A stretch of DNA of 29,214 nt from a virus (IMGVR_UViG_3300017705_000602), one strand, 5' to 3'; numbered from the stretch's first letter, positions 18,801-27,444 are shown. The notes: a model not told the origin generated them from the sequence alone. Numbers and translations are program-made.

Positions 18801-21800
18801 TACTGGGTTTGTGATACAAGATGGGTCACAGGTAATATTTACAACTGTTAGCTTGGTTGACATGGACAAGTCAGTTCGTGTGCCGAATGTAGGAGCCGGC
18901 CCGTTTATTAGGACGTCTGCGTATATTTCGGATGCAAAAACATGGGATATGTTAATTGAAAATCCGTTAACCACAGGCTCAGTAACAGGCACAATTGTTA
19001 ATGATCGCATCAGTATTGTCGACGGCAGCCCGTTAATAATCAGTGCGCTAAGTACAGCAGGAAACAGTGTCGGGTTCATACAAATCGGCGATGTATACCA
19101 AGGCGACGGCGAAAAACGACTAATTAACTTGTCGAAGCTAGTAAGAAGTTCAGCCGCTCTTGGTATTGTCGCTGGAGGCCAGCTTTCGGTTGGACCTGCC
19201 GCTAATCAAGTTACAATAGCCGGGGGTACCGGCTTTGTCGAAAGCGATATTGACGATTATGTGTTTGAAGTTTTCTGGGAGTCGACTACTGTAACAGTTG
19301 CTGATAACGAAGAGCTGTGGTTAGTTGTGAACCCTAACGGAACATTATCGACTCTTTCGGCACCGCCTGCAAATTTATTCAACTTTATGTTACTGGGCAG
19401 AGTTTATGCCGACGACGGCGAAATACAGTTTATTGACAACATTTCGAACCGCAGTGATCGTAACTCAAGTAAACAAGAAACATTCTTTAGAGACGCACTA
19501 GGGCCAGTGTATTCAGCAGGCAGCATAACATCGTTTGGCACAGGTGCATACAATATCAGCGTGTCACCAGGTCGATTCTACTACGGATCCAATTCGTATG
19601 CACCGACCGGCGGCGACGACATAACGTTTACACAGACGTTTAGAAACGGATCAGGCGGAACCATTGAAACTGATACAACAACAGTTCCGGTAAAATTCGA
19701 CAACAACTCAGGAACATTACAAGACCCTACTACAGATTATTATGTAAAGCATGCATTGTATGTAGTCGGCGACGGAGCAGTTGAAGAGTATTATTTGGTT
19801 GTTGGTCAGGAGGAATTTTTAAATCAGTCGGTAGCAGAACAGGCCAATTTGCCTAATCCGCCAAACTACATTAAAGAAAGCTTTGCGTTAATTGCAACTA
19901 TTATTGTGAAGCAAGGCGAAACTGACATAGTGTCGATTTTCGATGAGAGACCTGTAATCGGGTTTCAGTCATCGGGTATTGCTGCCGCCACTACGCACGG
20001 TAACTTGCTTGGACTAGCGGCAGACGATCACCCGCAGTATTTACGCGAAGATGGAACACGCGCATTAAGTGGAAACTTAAATCTAAACAGTAATAATATT
20101 ATTAATGTCGGGACACTAAACGGTGTAACGGTAGAGTCGCATGCCATGCGTCATGTACCGAACGGTGCAGATCCGCTGCCAACCGGCGTACCATCGTCAA
20201 TTGGAACTACGAATGCCGAAGGTATACAAAATGTGTTTGCTAGACAAGATCACATACATGCACACGATGACCAGCCAGGCGGAACACTGCATGCAGAGGC
20301 AACCCAAAGTACAGCTGGTTTTATGTCGGCAGCAGACAAAACATTACTTGATACTATAACAACCGATGATGTCGACGAAGGCACAGACTTATACTTCACC
20401 GAACAGCGTGCAAGAGATTCTATATCTGCAGGAACTGGTGTTACTTATGACTCAGTCACCGGCGTAATATCAATCGGACAAGCAGTTGAAACCACAAGCG
20501 ATGTCACGTTTAATACTGTAACAGCTGACTTAATAGGTAATGTAACAGGGCAAGTGTCTGACATTTCAAATCAAGACACAGATGCATTAGCCGAAGGCAC
20601 AAATAATCTTTACTTTACTACACAAAGAGCAAGAGATTCAGTATCAGCAGGAACAGGTGTTACTTACAACAGTTCAACCGGCGTAATATCAATTGGACAA
20701 GCAGTTGAAACCACAAGCGATGTTACATTTAATACTGTAACAGCCGACTTAACAGGTGACGTAACAGGTAATGTAACAGGGCAAGTGTCTGACATTTCAA
20801 ATCAAGACACAGATGCATTAGCCGAAGGCACAGCTAACTTATACTTTACAGAGTCAAGAGCAAGGGATTCAGTATCAGCAGGAACAGGTGTTACTTACAA
20901 CAGTTCAACCGGCGTAATATCAATTGGACAACCAGTTGGTACAACCGACGATGTTACATTTAACACTGTAACAGCTGACATAATCGGACAAGTGTCTGAC
21001 ATTTCAAATCAAGACACTGATGCATTAGCCGAAGGCACAACTAACTTATACTTTACTGTACCTCGAGCAAGAAATTCTATATCAGCAGGAACCGGAGTAT
21101 CATACAGTGCATCAACTGGTGTAATATCAATTGGACAGCCAGTTGGTACGTCAGATGATGTTACATTCAATACTGTAACAGCCAATGTAACAGGTAATGT
21201 AACAGGGCAAGTGTCTGATATTTCGAACTTTACTACTTCGGATTTAGCCGAAGGCACAGATTTATACTTTACAGAGTCAAGAGCAAGAAATTCTGTATCT
21301 GCAGGAACTGGTGTCGCATACAACAGTTCAACTGGTGTAATATCAATAGGACAGCCAGTTGGTACATCAGCTGATGTTACATTTAATACTGTAACAGCTG
21401 ATGTAACAGGTAATGTAACAGGTAATGTAACAGGGCAAGTTTCCGATTTATCAAACCAGACAACCGATGCATTAGCCGAAGGCACAACTAATTTTTACTA
21501 TACAGCCGAACGTGCCGATGACAGACTTAGTCAGCTGTTAGCAGGTTCACCGGACATTACATTAGTTTACGACGACAACGGAAACATATTAACAATTGGA
21601 ACAACAGCATCGTCGTCTAATTCTGCCGATATTATTGTAAAAAGATCTGCAGATAACGACTTCGATATCACTGCAATCAATCTTGACACAACTGATACGT
21701 CAACTCGAGCAGTTGGAAGAATAAGATGGAATGACGAATTTGCTGGACCTGAAATTGGACTAGGAGGCGGCAATGTAAACCTACAACTCGGCCAAGAGAA

Positions 21801-23196
21801 AATAGTACGTGTTTATAACGAAACTGGCGCAGATATTACAGAAGGTCAGGTAGTAAGAATTACCGGATCAGACGGAACTCGAATTACAGTTGACTTGCCA
21901 CAAGCCACGTCAAGCTTTACATCCGACACTGTGCTTGGTGTAGCAACAGAAGATATTCTTAATTTATCTGAAGGATTTGTTACCAGTTACGGCAGAGTTA
22001 ACAACGTAGATACTTCTGCCTATGCCGAAGGCGACAAATTGTACTTGTCTCAAACAACACCAGGTGGCCTAACTAATTTAGTACCACCTGCACCGAACAA
22101 GCGCATATATATTGGTGTAGTAGTTAGATCACTTCCTAACGCTGGTATTATTTTTGTGCAACCAGGCTTTAACGAAGAGCTCGGTGGACTCAGCGATGTT
22201 GAAATAACAAGTATACAAGATAATCAAACGCTAGTTTGGGACACTGACAGATTTGTAAATTCTACACCAGATGGGTTATACACTCCAGCCGCTCACGCTT
22301 CATCTCACTTGCCAAACGGAGCTGATCCGTTGTTAACTGAGAGTGCGGCAACTATAAGTGCAACTTCGGCTAATACCGAAGGTAATGCTAACTCGTTTGC
22401 ACGAAGTAACCATACGCATAATGTTTCAACTGGTACTCCAGTAACACAGCGACCCGAAGATGCAAACGCCGAAGGTACTTCAGTTGACCTTGCAAGGGCA
22501 GACCACGTACACCGTATTGCTGCCGCATCAGCAGTGACTACCAGCAGTAACGCAAACACTCAGGGTACTGCTAACTCGTTTGCAAGAGCAGATCATACGC
22601 ACCAATTGTCCAGTAACACGCCGACTAACGGCCAGGTGTTATCATGGGATGGGTCAAATTGGGTAGCAACTACAGTTGATACTGGACCAGCAGGCAGTTC
22701 GTTTGGTGCATCGTTTGGCGCTTTTGATTTTGAATTTACTAATAACACTGATTGGGTAGTAGCAAATGCTGCTAGCAGAATACGAGATCCAATAAATCAG
22801 TCAATAAGAACATTTGCGTTTGATGATACCACCGAAGAAGGTCTTGGTTTCTTTATCGAGATACCACCTGCGTCTGCTGAACTTGACAACATCACTTATA
22901 CGCTTTGGGTTAAGCGCAGGACTGCTAGTGCAGGATCGAATGCTGTGTTTAGAGCGCACAATCGTCCTATCAACAGCAACGCACCTGTTGGCCCGTGGAA
23001 CACAAACGCCAACTTCCCGACTATTACATCGTTATCAACTGTGTATCAGAAAGTTTCGTTTACTGTACCATTAAGTACCGCAGGGTATGTAGACGACACG
23101 CTACACCAAGTGGAAATAACAAGAAACTCACCGACTGGCACCGACGATGTACAAGGTGATGTTTTAATAAGTCGTGTAACAGTGAGCTTTTCGTAA
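15868..23196 (+). CDS. Giant multidomain fibre protein (2442 aa) with two repeat arms, a putative parallel beta-helix domain and a C-terminal beta-sandwich
   Basis: About 70-aa repeats TDDLxEGTxNLYFTxxRARxxVSAGTGVTYNSxTGVISIGQ. Pectin-lyase-like entry motif FSSIDDAI...IELGAGEF...TIKGQG. ARxDHxH motifs. Confidence 0.8.
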   Translation: MPQRINGSVFSDQVLTGSLKHYVLIGADFSNSFDDEAPVYGSAAEEIARIITQRATIAIFNPSDIGVSFALESNRANWEADELQAAIRALGTNVGFEGLDLTGIRIEEVSYQFLGSDFVFIVPDPTITHLIVNNTYFVASPTTLTLPDYTDDIIDVGSVIRIFKFEDIEVTIEAKPGQSIRDLTREVTGSSYTYSYNEEIAIVFDGFKWAVYHDDRETIDLVIGLQAELDSKQNLAEKGQPNGYASLDSDGLVPASQLPSYVDDVLEFPEKLLFPNPGESDKIYVDLSTLRIYRWSGSSYIELSTRPPDTDDVPEGSFNLYFTEQRARDSITNGTGVFYNNISGEISIGQPVGTTDDVTFNTVTAEFIGDITGNVTGQVSDISNHDTDDLTEGTANLYFTVPRARNAVSAGTGVTYNSGSGVISIGQPVGTTDDVTFNIVTADLIGDVTGQVSDISNHDTDDLTEGTANLYFTVPRARNAVSAGTGVTYNSSTGVISIGQPVGTTDDVTFNTVTADVIGQVSDISNHDTDDLSEGTGNLYFTTQRARNSVSAGTGVTYNSGTGVISIGQPVGTTDDVTFNIVTADVIGQVSDISNHDTDDLVEGVSNLYFTEQRARNSVSAGTGVSYDSLTGEFSIGQPVGTSDDVTFNTVTADLIGDVTGQVSDISNHDTDDLAEGTANLYFTTQRARDSITNGTGVTYDSATGTVSIGQPVGTTDDVTFNQVTADVIGQVSDISNFSTDDLVEGTTNLYYTDARVENAIRNVGFKNVLRVDNTPIGPNEFSSIDDAIAEIASRGDLASDNPYQIELGAGEFFSDPFTIPRFVTIKGQGDSTVLKPNDLTQNFITMTADSYLDDVTLGGPTSPNTFSINVVDTFPGAAVIFTVQFTSAWGYISIVNNATTPLAVVMTNTIVSGVAGATLPVKVESTSTGPLVAIFNGFAHLLVNPAISISEYFNVSGPATQCVLNELRIEGTVGDIDTGFVIQDGSQVIFTTVSLVDMDKSVRVPNVGAGPFIRTSAYISDAKTWDMLIENPLTTGSVTGTIVNDRISIVDGSPLIISALSTAGNSVGFIQIGDVYQGDGEKRLINLSKLVRSSAALGIVAGGQLSVGPAANQVTIAGGTGFVESDIDDYVFEVFWESTTVTVADNEELWLVVNPNGTLSTLSAPPANLFNFMLLGRVYADDGEIQFIDNISNRSDRNSSKQETFFRDALGPVYSAGSITSFGTGAYNISVSPGRFYYGSNSYAPTGGDDITFTQTFRNGSGGTIETDTTTVPVKFDNNSGTLQDPTTDYYVKHALYVVGDGAVEEYYLVVGQEEFLNQSVAEQANLPNPPNYIKESFALIATIIVKQGETDIVSIFDERPVIGFQSSGIAAATTHGNLLGLAADDHPQYLREDGTRALSGNLNLNSNNIINVGTLNGVTVESHAMRHVPNGADPLPTGVPSSIGTTNAEGIQNVFARQDHIHAHDDQPGGTLHAEATQSTAGFMSAADKTLLDTITTDDVDEGTDLYFTEQRARDSISAGTGVTYDSVTGVISIGQAVETTSDVTFNTVTADLIGNVTGQVSDISNQDTDALAEGTNNLYFTTQRARDSVSAGTGVTYNSSTGVISIGQAVETTSDVTFNTVTADLTGDVTGNVTGQVSDISNQDTDALAEGTANLYFTESRARDSVSAGTGVTYNSSTGVISIGQPVGTTDDVTFNTVTADIIGQVSDISNQDTDALAEGTTNLYFTVPRARNSISAGTGVSYSASTGVISIGQPVGTSDDVTFNTVTANVTGNVTGQVSDISNFTTSDLAEGTDLYFTESRARNSVSAGTGVAYNSSTGVISIGQPVGTSADVTFNTVTADVTGNVTGNVTGQVSDLSNQTTDALAEGTTNFYYTAERADDRLSQLLAGSPDITLVYDDNGNILTIGTTASSSNSADIIVKRSADNDFDITAINLDTTDTSTRAVGRIRWNDEFAGPEIGLGGGNVNLQLGQEKIVRVYNETGADITEGQVVRITGSDGTRITVDLPQATSSFTSDTVLGVATEDILNLSEGFVTSYGRVNNVDTSAYAEGDKLYLSQTTPGGLTNLVPPAPNKRIYIGVVVRSLPNAGIIFVQPGFNEELGGLSDVEITSIQDNQTLVWDTDRFVNSTPDGLYTPAAHASSHLPNGADPLLTESAATISATSANTEGNANSFARSNHTHNVSTGTPVTQRPEDANAEGTSVDLARADHVHRIAAASAVTTSSNANTQGTANSFARADHTHQLSSNTPTNGQVLSWDGSNWVATTVDTGPAGSSFGASFGAFDFEFTNNTDWVVANAASRIRDPINQSIRTFAFDDTTEEGLGFFIEIPPASAELDNITYTLWVKRRTASAGSNAVFRAHNRPINSNAPVGPWNTNANFPTITSLSTVYQKVSFTVPLSTAGYVDDTLHQVEITRNSPTGTDDVQGDVLISRVTVSFS
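16792..18150 (+). repeat. Fibre 2 repeat array 1: six full units of 231, 219, 207, 207, 219 and 207 nt
   Basis: Unit anchors (Thr of TDD) at 16795, 17026, 17245, 17452, 17659, 17878 and 18085. Confidence 0.9.
20359..21525 (+). repeat. Fibre 2 repeat array 2: five full units of 216, 231, 207, 219 and 228 nt
   Basis: Unit anchors at 20362, 20578, 20809, 21016, 21235 and 21463. Same repeat family as array 1. Confidence 0.9.
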
Positions 23197-24590
23197 TGGT
23201 TAGATTTGATGTAAGCGTAAGTACTGCTCAGGCAATTGCATTTGGCGGATTTTTAACACCGCCAAATACTGATCAGTTATCGATGTGTGCATTTGTGCAA
23301 ATTGATCAGAATCCGGACGGTGGCTTTGCAAGGATTTTTGGGCATGATAACGGTGCCACTGATATTGCATTTAGCTTGACTACCAGGGACTCGCTTGATA
23401 ACGGTGCTAAACGAACACCTCAGTTTGTTATTACTACAGCTCAGACCGGTTTGACAGTTTTAGAAAACGCAGATATACAATTATCACCTGACACACTGTA
23501 TCATATTGCAGGTGTATACGACGGCTCAGAGATGAGACTGTATCTAGATGGGGTTGAAATATTATCAACTCCGAAATCGGGCGATCTCATTGTACAAGAC
23601 ACATGGAACCTACTGGTTGCAAACCGACCCGACGGCGCACGTAGCTTCGAAGGTCTAATAGGCGACTGCCGTGTATATAACAGGGTATTATCAGACGATG
23701 AACTATTAGATATTAGAGAATCGTTTGGCGAAGATAATATACAGGATGGGCTATTATTCAGGGCACCGCTCGATGGTGCCGAAGGGACTACTTTAGCCGG
23801 AAACGTGTTAAACGAACTCGGCGGTGAGTTCACTACTATTACCGCCGGCGTTGGTTTCGGGAATCCTACGTACGAAGAAATGTCAATACCGCTTGATGAT
23901 ACTCCGGTAAGTATGAATAATGTTTTTGCATGGCACGATGCGTCAGACAGTTCGACAATGGGATTCTCAGGTACCAATACAGTAAATGTCTGGAGAAATA
24001 AATTATTCAATACAAGGACCTATGGCGATGTCGCTGGACAGCCTAGTCCGGATATCGACGACGTTGTAGTTAACGGAAGATCAACTTTAAATTTCACAGA
24101 AGCCGATCAGTTCTCAGCAAACTTTCTTGATACAACTAGCGGACTTGTTGGTAAAAAATATGCAATATTTATTGTTGAAAATAAAGCTAACACTAATAGC
24201 GATCAATGGATCTTTGGCGGCAGTAACGCATTGACTAACACTAACTTGCATATCGGATATCGTACCAGCAACCAATTTTCTTTTGCACAGTGGAATAACG
24301 ATATTAATGTGACTTCCAGTGCGTATCAGGACGCAAACGTTACACGCTTGCATACAATGATTAATGGTACCAACGGAAAGACTTTGCGGTTAAACGGAAC
24401 CACAGTCGGATCTAACACAAACACTCAAGATTTAACTGATTATCCTGACCCGAAGCTAACTCGCCGCGAAGCATCCGGTAATAACGGATATGCAGGCGCA
24501 ATTTGCGAAATTGTTATTTTCGATCGTGTGCTACAAGACATAGAAATCGAGCAGATAGAAAAATATTTACAAATTAAATGGGGCATATAA
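23196..24590 (+). CDS. Virion protein with two LamG/concanavalin A-like domains (464 aa), candidate adhesin
   Basis: N domain: YHIAGVYDGSEMRLYLDG...FEGLIGDCRVYNRVLS. C domain: WHDAS...ICEIVIFDRVL...IEKYLQIKWGI. TAATG-coupled to fibre 2. Confidence 0.75.
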   Translation: MVRFDVSVSTAQAIAFGGFLTPPNTDQLSMCAFVQIDQNPDGGFARIFGHDNGATDIAFSLTTRDSLDNGAKRTPQFVITTAQTGLTVLENADIQLSPDTLYHIAGVYDGSEMRLYLDGVEILSTPKSGDLIVQDTWNLLVANRPDGARSFEGLIGDCRVYNRVLSDDELLDIRESFGEDNIQDGLLFRAPLDGAEGTTLAGNVLNELGGEFTTITAGVGFGNPTYEEMSIPLDDTPVSMNNVFAWHDASDSSTMGFSGTNTVNVWRNKLFNTRTYGDVAGQPSPDIDDVVVNGRSTLNFTEADQFSANFLDTTSGLVGKKYAIFIVENKANTNSDQWIFGGSNALTNTNLHIGYRTSNQFSFAQWNNDINVTSSAYQDANVTRLHTMINGTNGKTLRLNGTTVGSNTNTQDLTDYPDPKLTRREASGNNGYAGAICEIVIFDRVLQDIEIEQIEKYLQIKWGI

Positions 24591-24594
24591 TACT

Positions 24595-25086
24595 ATGGCA
24601 AGCGCAATACAAAAAAGCACAATGATATACAGGGAAAGTGTAAACACACCGGATTTCGATAACGACGAATGGATACTTAACCCGGATCTATCAGCAGTTA
24701 CAGGTGTTCCACGAAAATACTGGAAGCTAGTCGGTGATGAAATAACGGAGATGTCAGATGCAGAAAAAGACGCAGTAGATCAACCTACCAGTAAAGAAAA
24801 AGTTAATGCTGCGATTGAATTCGGCAAAGATTTAATTTTAGAATTCGGCAGCGGAAATGTCGCCGACGGCATACCACTAGAAGTTACAAAGGCAATCACA
24901 AAAGAATTAGAGCCCATAACCATTGCATTAATGACAGGTACAGTTACCGTAGCACTTGATGAAATGCGTTCGCTTGATTCTGTTTATATCGATCGGCCCA
25001 CTAAAGACTATTTTATTGCCAAGATGCAAGCGTTTATCGACGAACGTAAAGGCAATGTAAGAACAAGTGGTACTTCAACAACTTAA
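24595..25086 (+). CDS. Hypothetical protein, possible tail-fibre assembly chaperone (163 aa)
   Basis: Last gene of the fibre operon. The segment PDLSAVTGVPRKYWKLVGDEITEM resembles fibre assembly proteins (weak similarity). Confidence 0.45.
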   Translation: MASAIQKSTMIYRESVNTPDFDNDEWILNPDLSAVTGVPRKYWKLVGDEITEMSDAEKDAVDQPTSKEKVNAAIEFGKDLILEFGSGNVADGIPLEVTKAITKELEPITIALMTGTVTVALDEMRSLDSVYIDRPTKDYFIAKMQAFIDERKGNVRTSGTSTT

Positions 25087-25517
25087 TGCTGATCTAGTAT
25101 AAGACGAAGCTTGTCCATTGCTTTTGCAGTGGTCAAGCTTTTTTTTGCGCCAAAATGCATAGGCTTAGGCCATAAGCCGAAATTGACCCATGAGTAGCCC
25201 ACCGCTTCTTTATTGATTTGAGGAACAAACTCTTGTTTGACTATGCACACAAAGGTGTAATAGCGAAAACTTTTATCACGAGATTCGAAAATATCAAAAG
25301 GGTATATACGTTCTATGTCTGGCACAAATCCCATTTCTTCGTCCAGTTCTCTTAACAGTGTGTCTTTAGGAATCTCTTGTTCTTCCATCATGCCGCCCCA
25401 CAGACTCCAGTGATAACCGTGAGTCTTGTAAGGAGAACGCATGTTTAGTAAAACACGATGTGTATCTTTAGCAATGATGACTGCGCCAACCGCAGTTTTA
25501 TCTGTTAATTGTTGCAT
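25083..25517 (-). CDS. Nudix hydrolase (144 aa)
   Basis: Exact Nudix box G-x5-E-x7-RE-x2-EE-x-G (GMMEEQEIPKDTLLRELDEEMG). Confidence 0.92.
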   Translation of the reverse strand: MQQLTDKTAVGAVIIAKDTHRVLLNMRSPYKTHGYHWSLWGGMMEEQEIPKDTLLRELDEEMGFVPDIERIYPFDIFESRDKSFRYYTFVCIVKQEFVPQINKEAVGYSWVNFGLWPKPMHFGAKKSLTTAKAMDKLRLILDQH

Positions 25518-26932
25518 GAGTTAATGTAATCTGTTGGTGTGTCAGGGTCTACTAAGTTTTCAATGCGCCAAAATCCCGGGCAGTACAATCCGAAGTAGTA
25601 AAATTCCCAGGTGCCTGTAAATCTTATTAGTGAATCTTCAGCTGTGTTATATGCAATGTCACCACCTGCAGATTCAGCCGCATCAAACACAACTGACCAT
25701 TCTGAGCCGTCGAACTCGATTATGTCGTGTTCAAACGGATCAAAGTTGCCCCAGTAAGGATGATCATTGGCAATAGCGGATTCTTCACCGTTCGCTAAAG
25801 GTGCAAGCACAATGTATCTGTCACCTGCAACAGGATTGCTCATTCCTGCACCTGGATAAAATGTCTGAGGGTCAATTGCACTAATAACTGTACCAACTGT
25901 AAGTGACGGTAAAGTGTCTTGGTCTATTGAAACTTTTAACACATCGGGCCGATCGGTATATTCAACTGTGCCCAGCACATCGTTGTCAAAATCCTCTAAC
26001 ATGTTTGTAGGCTTCAGTCTAACTCGTGTAGCTTCCGGATTGATATAACCATATTGATCTAGTAAATCTTTCCAACTTAAATTTCCTTTGTGTGCAGGAT
26101 CGTCCGACAGTAACACCAGCTCGTCGATTGCATAATCAGGATCTAGCCCAATTGACGCTTTGTAATTACCCGGTGTTACAACAATTTGCGACAAGTTTTC
26201 ACCTATGGCATCAAGTGGGTTTTCGATTTCGTTGCTGATGTCAGTATCAGACAGATCGTTTACTGCATTTATATTGGTTACAATTTGATGTATAAGAGAC
26301 TGTCGTTTAATTTTAGCCGGCGGATTGATCCAAATACCTATCCTGAACGTAAGTGTAGCAATTTCTCTTTCGTCCTCGGACATAATCTGTCCACGGTTAG
26401 TCCAAGTAATGTCTACTAGTTCTAGCTCGAATATCGAACTCCAGTCAAAGTGATTTGAATTTTGTTGTAATTGCAATGCCGGATTAAATAACGAAAGTAT
26501 TTGTTCGAGAATTTGCAATTTAGTTGAAGTGTTAGAAGTCCATACATCAAGTGTTAAGTCTACATTGTACGGCACTGGCATGTAACGAGACACGCTAAAT
26601 TTATTACCGGGTTCGTCGGTGTATTGGCCATTTTCGTATTTGCGTTCAGTACCGTGTACTGTACTTTCGTGGGCAGGATTATATCTGCGTTCCGGTGCAG
26701 GTTCAACGTTTACTATTGATGCTGCCATTAATGGCACAGGATGTAACGTGTTTTGAGTTTGACCTGCTAGTATTTGCGATGCCTGCCAAGACGCTTGCCC
26801 GTAAATAACCGGTACTCTTTTCTGAGAAGTAACACCATTGGCATCAGGTCCTGTTTGAATCTTGATATCTGAGAACACGCGCATGAACTGCACCAAGTAC
26901 CTTCTTATCTGCCCGTCGTAAAAAAATGTCAT
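25505..26932 (-). CDS. gp15: Tail terminator/sheath stabilisation protein, T4 gp15-like, with a C-terminal extension (475 aa)
   Basis: FFYDGQIRRYLVQF, RVPVIYG, PVPYNVDLTLDVWT and LQILEQILSLFNP are gp15-type motifs. Lies downstream of a gp14-like gene. Confidence 0.8.
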   Translation of the reverse strand: MTFFYDGQIRRYLVQFMRVFSDIKIQTGPDANGVTSQKRVPVIYGQASWQASQILAGQTQNTLHPVPLMAASIVNVEPAPERRYNPAHESTVHGTERKYENGQYTDEPGNKFSVSRYMPVPYNVDLTLDVWTSNTSTKLQILEQILSLFNPALQLQQNSNHFDWSSIFELELVDITWTNRGQIMSEDEREIATLTFRIGIWINPPAKIKRQSLIHQIVTNINAVNDLSDTDISNEIENPLDAIGENLSQIVVTPGNYKASIGLDPDYAIDELVLLSDDPAHKGNLSWKDLLDQYGYINPEATRVRLKPTNMLEDFDNDVLGTVEYTDRPDVLKVSIDQDTLPSLTVGTVISAIDPQTFYPGAGMSNPVAGDRYIVLAPLANGEESAIANDHPYWGNFDPFEHDIIEFDGSEWSVVFDAAESAGGDIAYNTAEDSLIRFTGTWEFYYFGLYCPGFWRIENLVDPDTPTDYINSCNN

Positions 26933-27444
26933 TATGCTACTCCGTTAGACATGTACCAAGTACCGTCGTTTCTGTAAACTCGTTTTTTTCCTTTGTTTGC
27001 ATTTGTACCGCCTTTATTAGGATGAGGTTTTCCTTTCATTGCACCGCCGTCTTTTCGTTTCCATCTACCTTCGGTACCATTTACTCTTCTTTTAGCATGA
27101 GCTTCTCTTTGGGACTTTTTCATCTTTTCAATTGACTCTGGCCTGTGGAATGTGCCTGTTCTAAATCTGTCGTTACTGGTGTTATAACCCTTTTTAACTG
27201 TGTTAAACTGTTCTATAAGTTCGATTTCCCGATCTGAAATTTTGTCCGGACAGTCGGATTCGAAAAGTATTTTATGGTCCCAGTCATCGATGCCGTATTT
27301 GTTTATTGCTCTAAAAAATTTTCTACCTGATGTACGTTTAGCATCAGAGCAATGCTCGGCCCATCTACCTTCTATTGTTTTAACCGTTTGGCCAATGTAC
27401 GATTTGCCCGATGTTCGGTTTGTGTGCATATATACAATTGCCAT
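26932..27444 (-). CDS. Free-standing GIY-YIG homing endonuclease with a NUMOD3-like DNA-binding motif (170 aa)
   Basis: IVY-x10-YIGQT, conserved Arg (RWAEH), Glu (REIELI) and GYN, followed by FHRPESIEKMK and a basic tail. Confidence 0.88.
   Translation of the reverse strand: MAIVYMHTNRTSGKSYIGQTVKTIEGRWAEHCSDAKRTSGRKFFRAINKYGIDDWDHKILFESDCPDKISDREIELIEQFNTVKKGYNTSNDRFRTGTFHRPESIEKMKKSQREAHAKRRVNGTEGRWKRKDGGAMKGKPHPNKGGTNANKGKKRVYRNDGTWYMSNGVA

Noticed and set aside
16792-21525. Near-identical repeats as a diversity-generating retroelement template/variable pair or an invertible segment
   Set aside because: Differences are not adenine-specific, all copies are coding and direct, and no reverse transcriptase or invertase is in the window.
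10668-24353. Many antisense and alternate-frame ORFs inside the fibre and LamG genes (e.g. 14877..15614, 18519..19079)
   Set aside because: They mirror the repeat structure of the sense gene, with no RBS or promoter support.
26932-27444. GIY-YIG gene as part of a group I intron
   Set aside because: Flanking genes are intact and overlap its start and stop, leaving no non-coding intron core.
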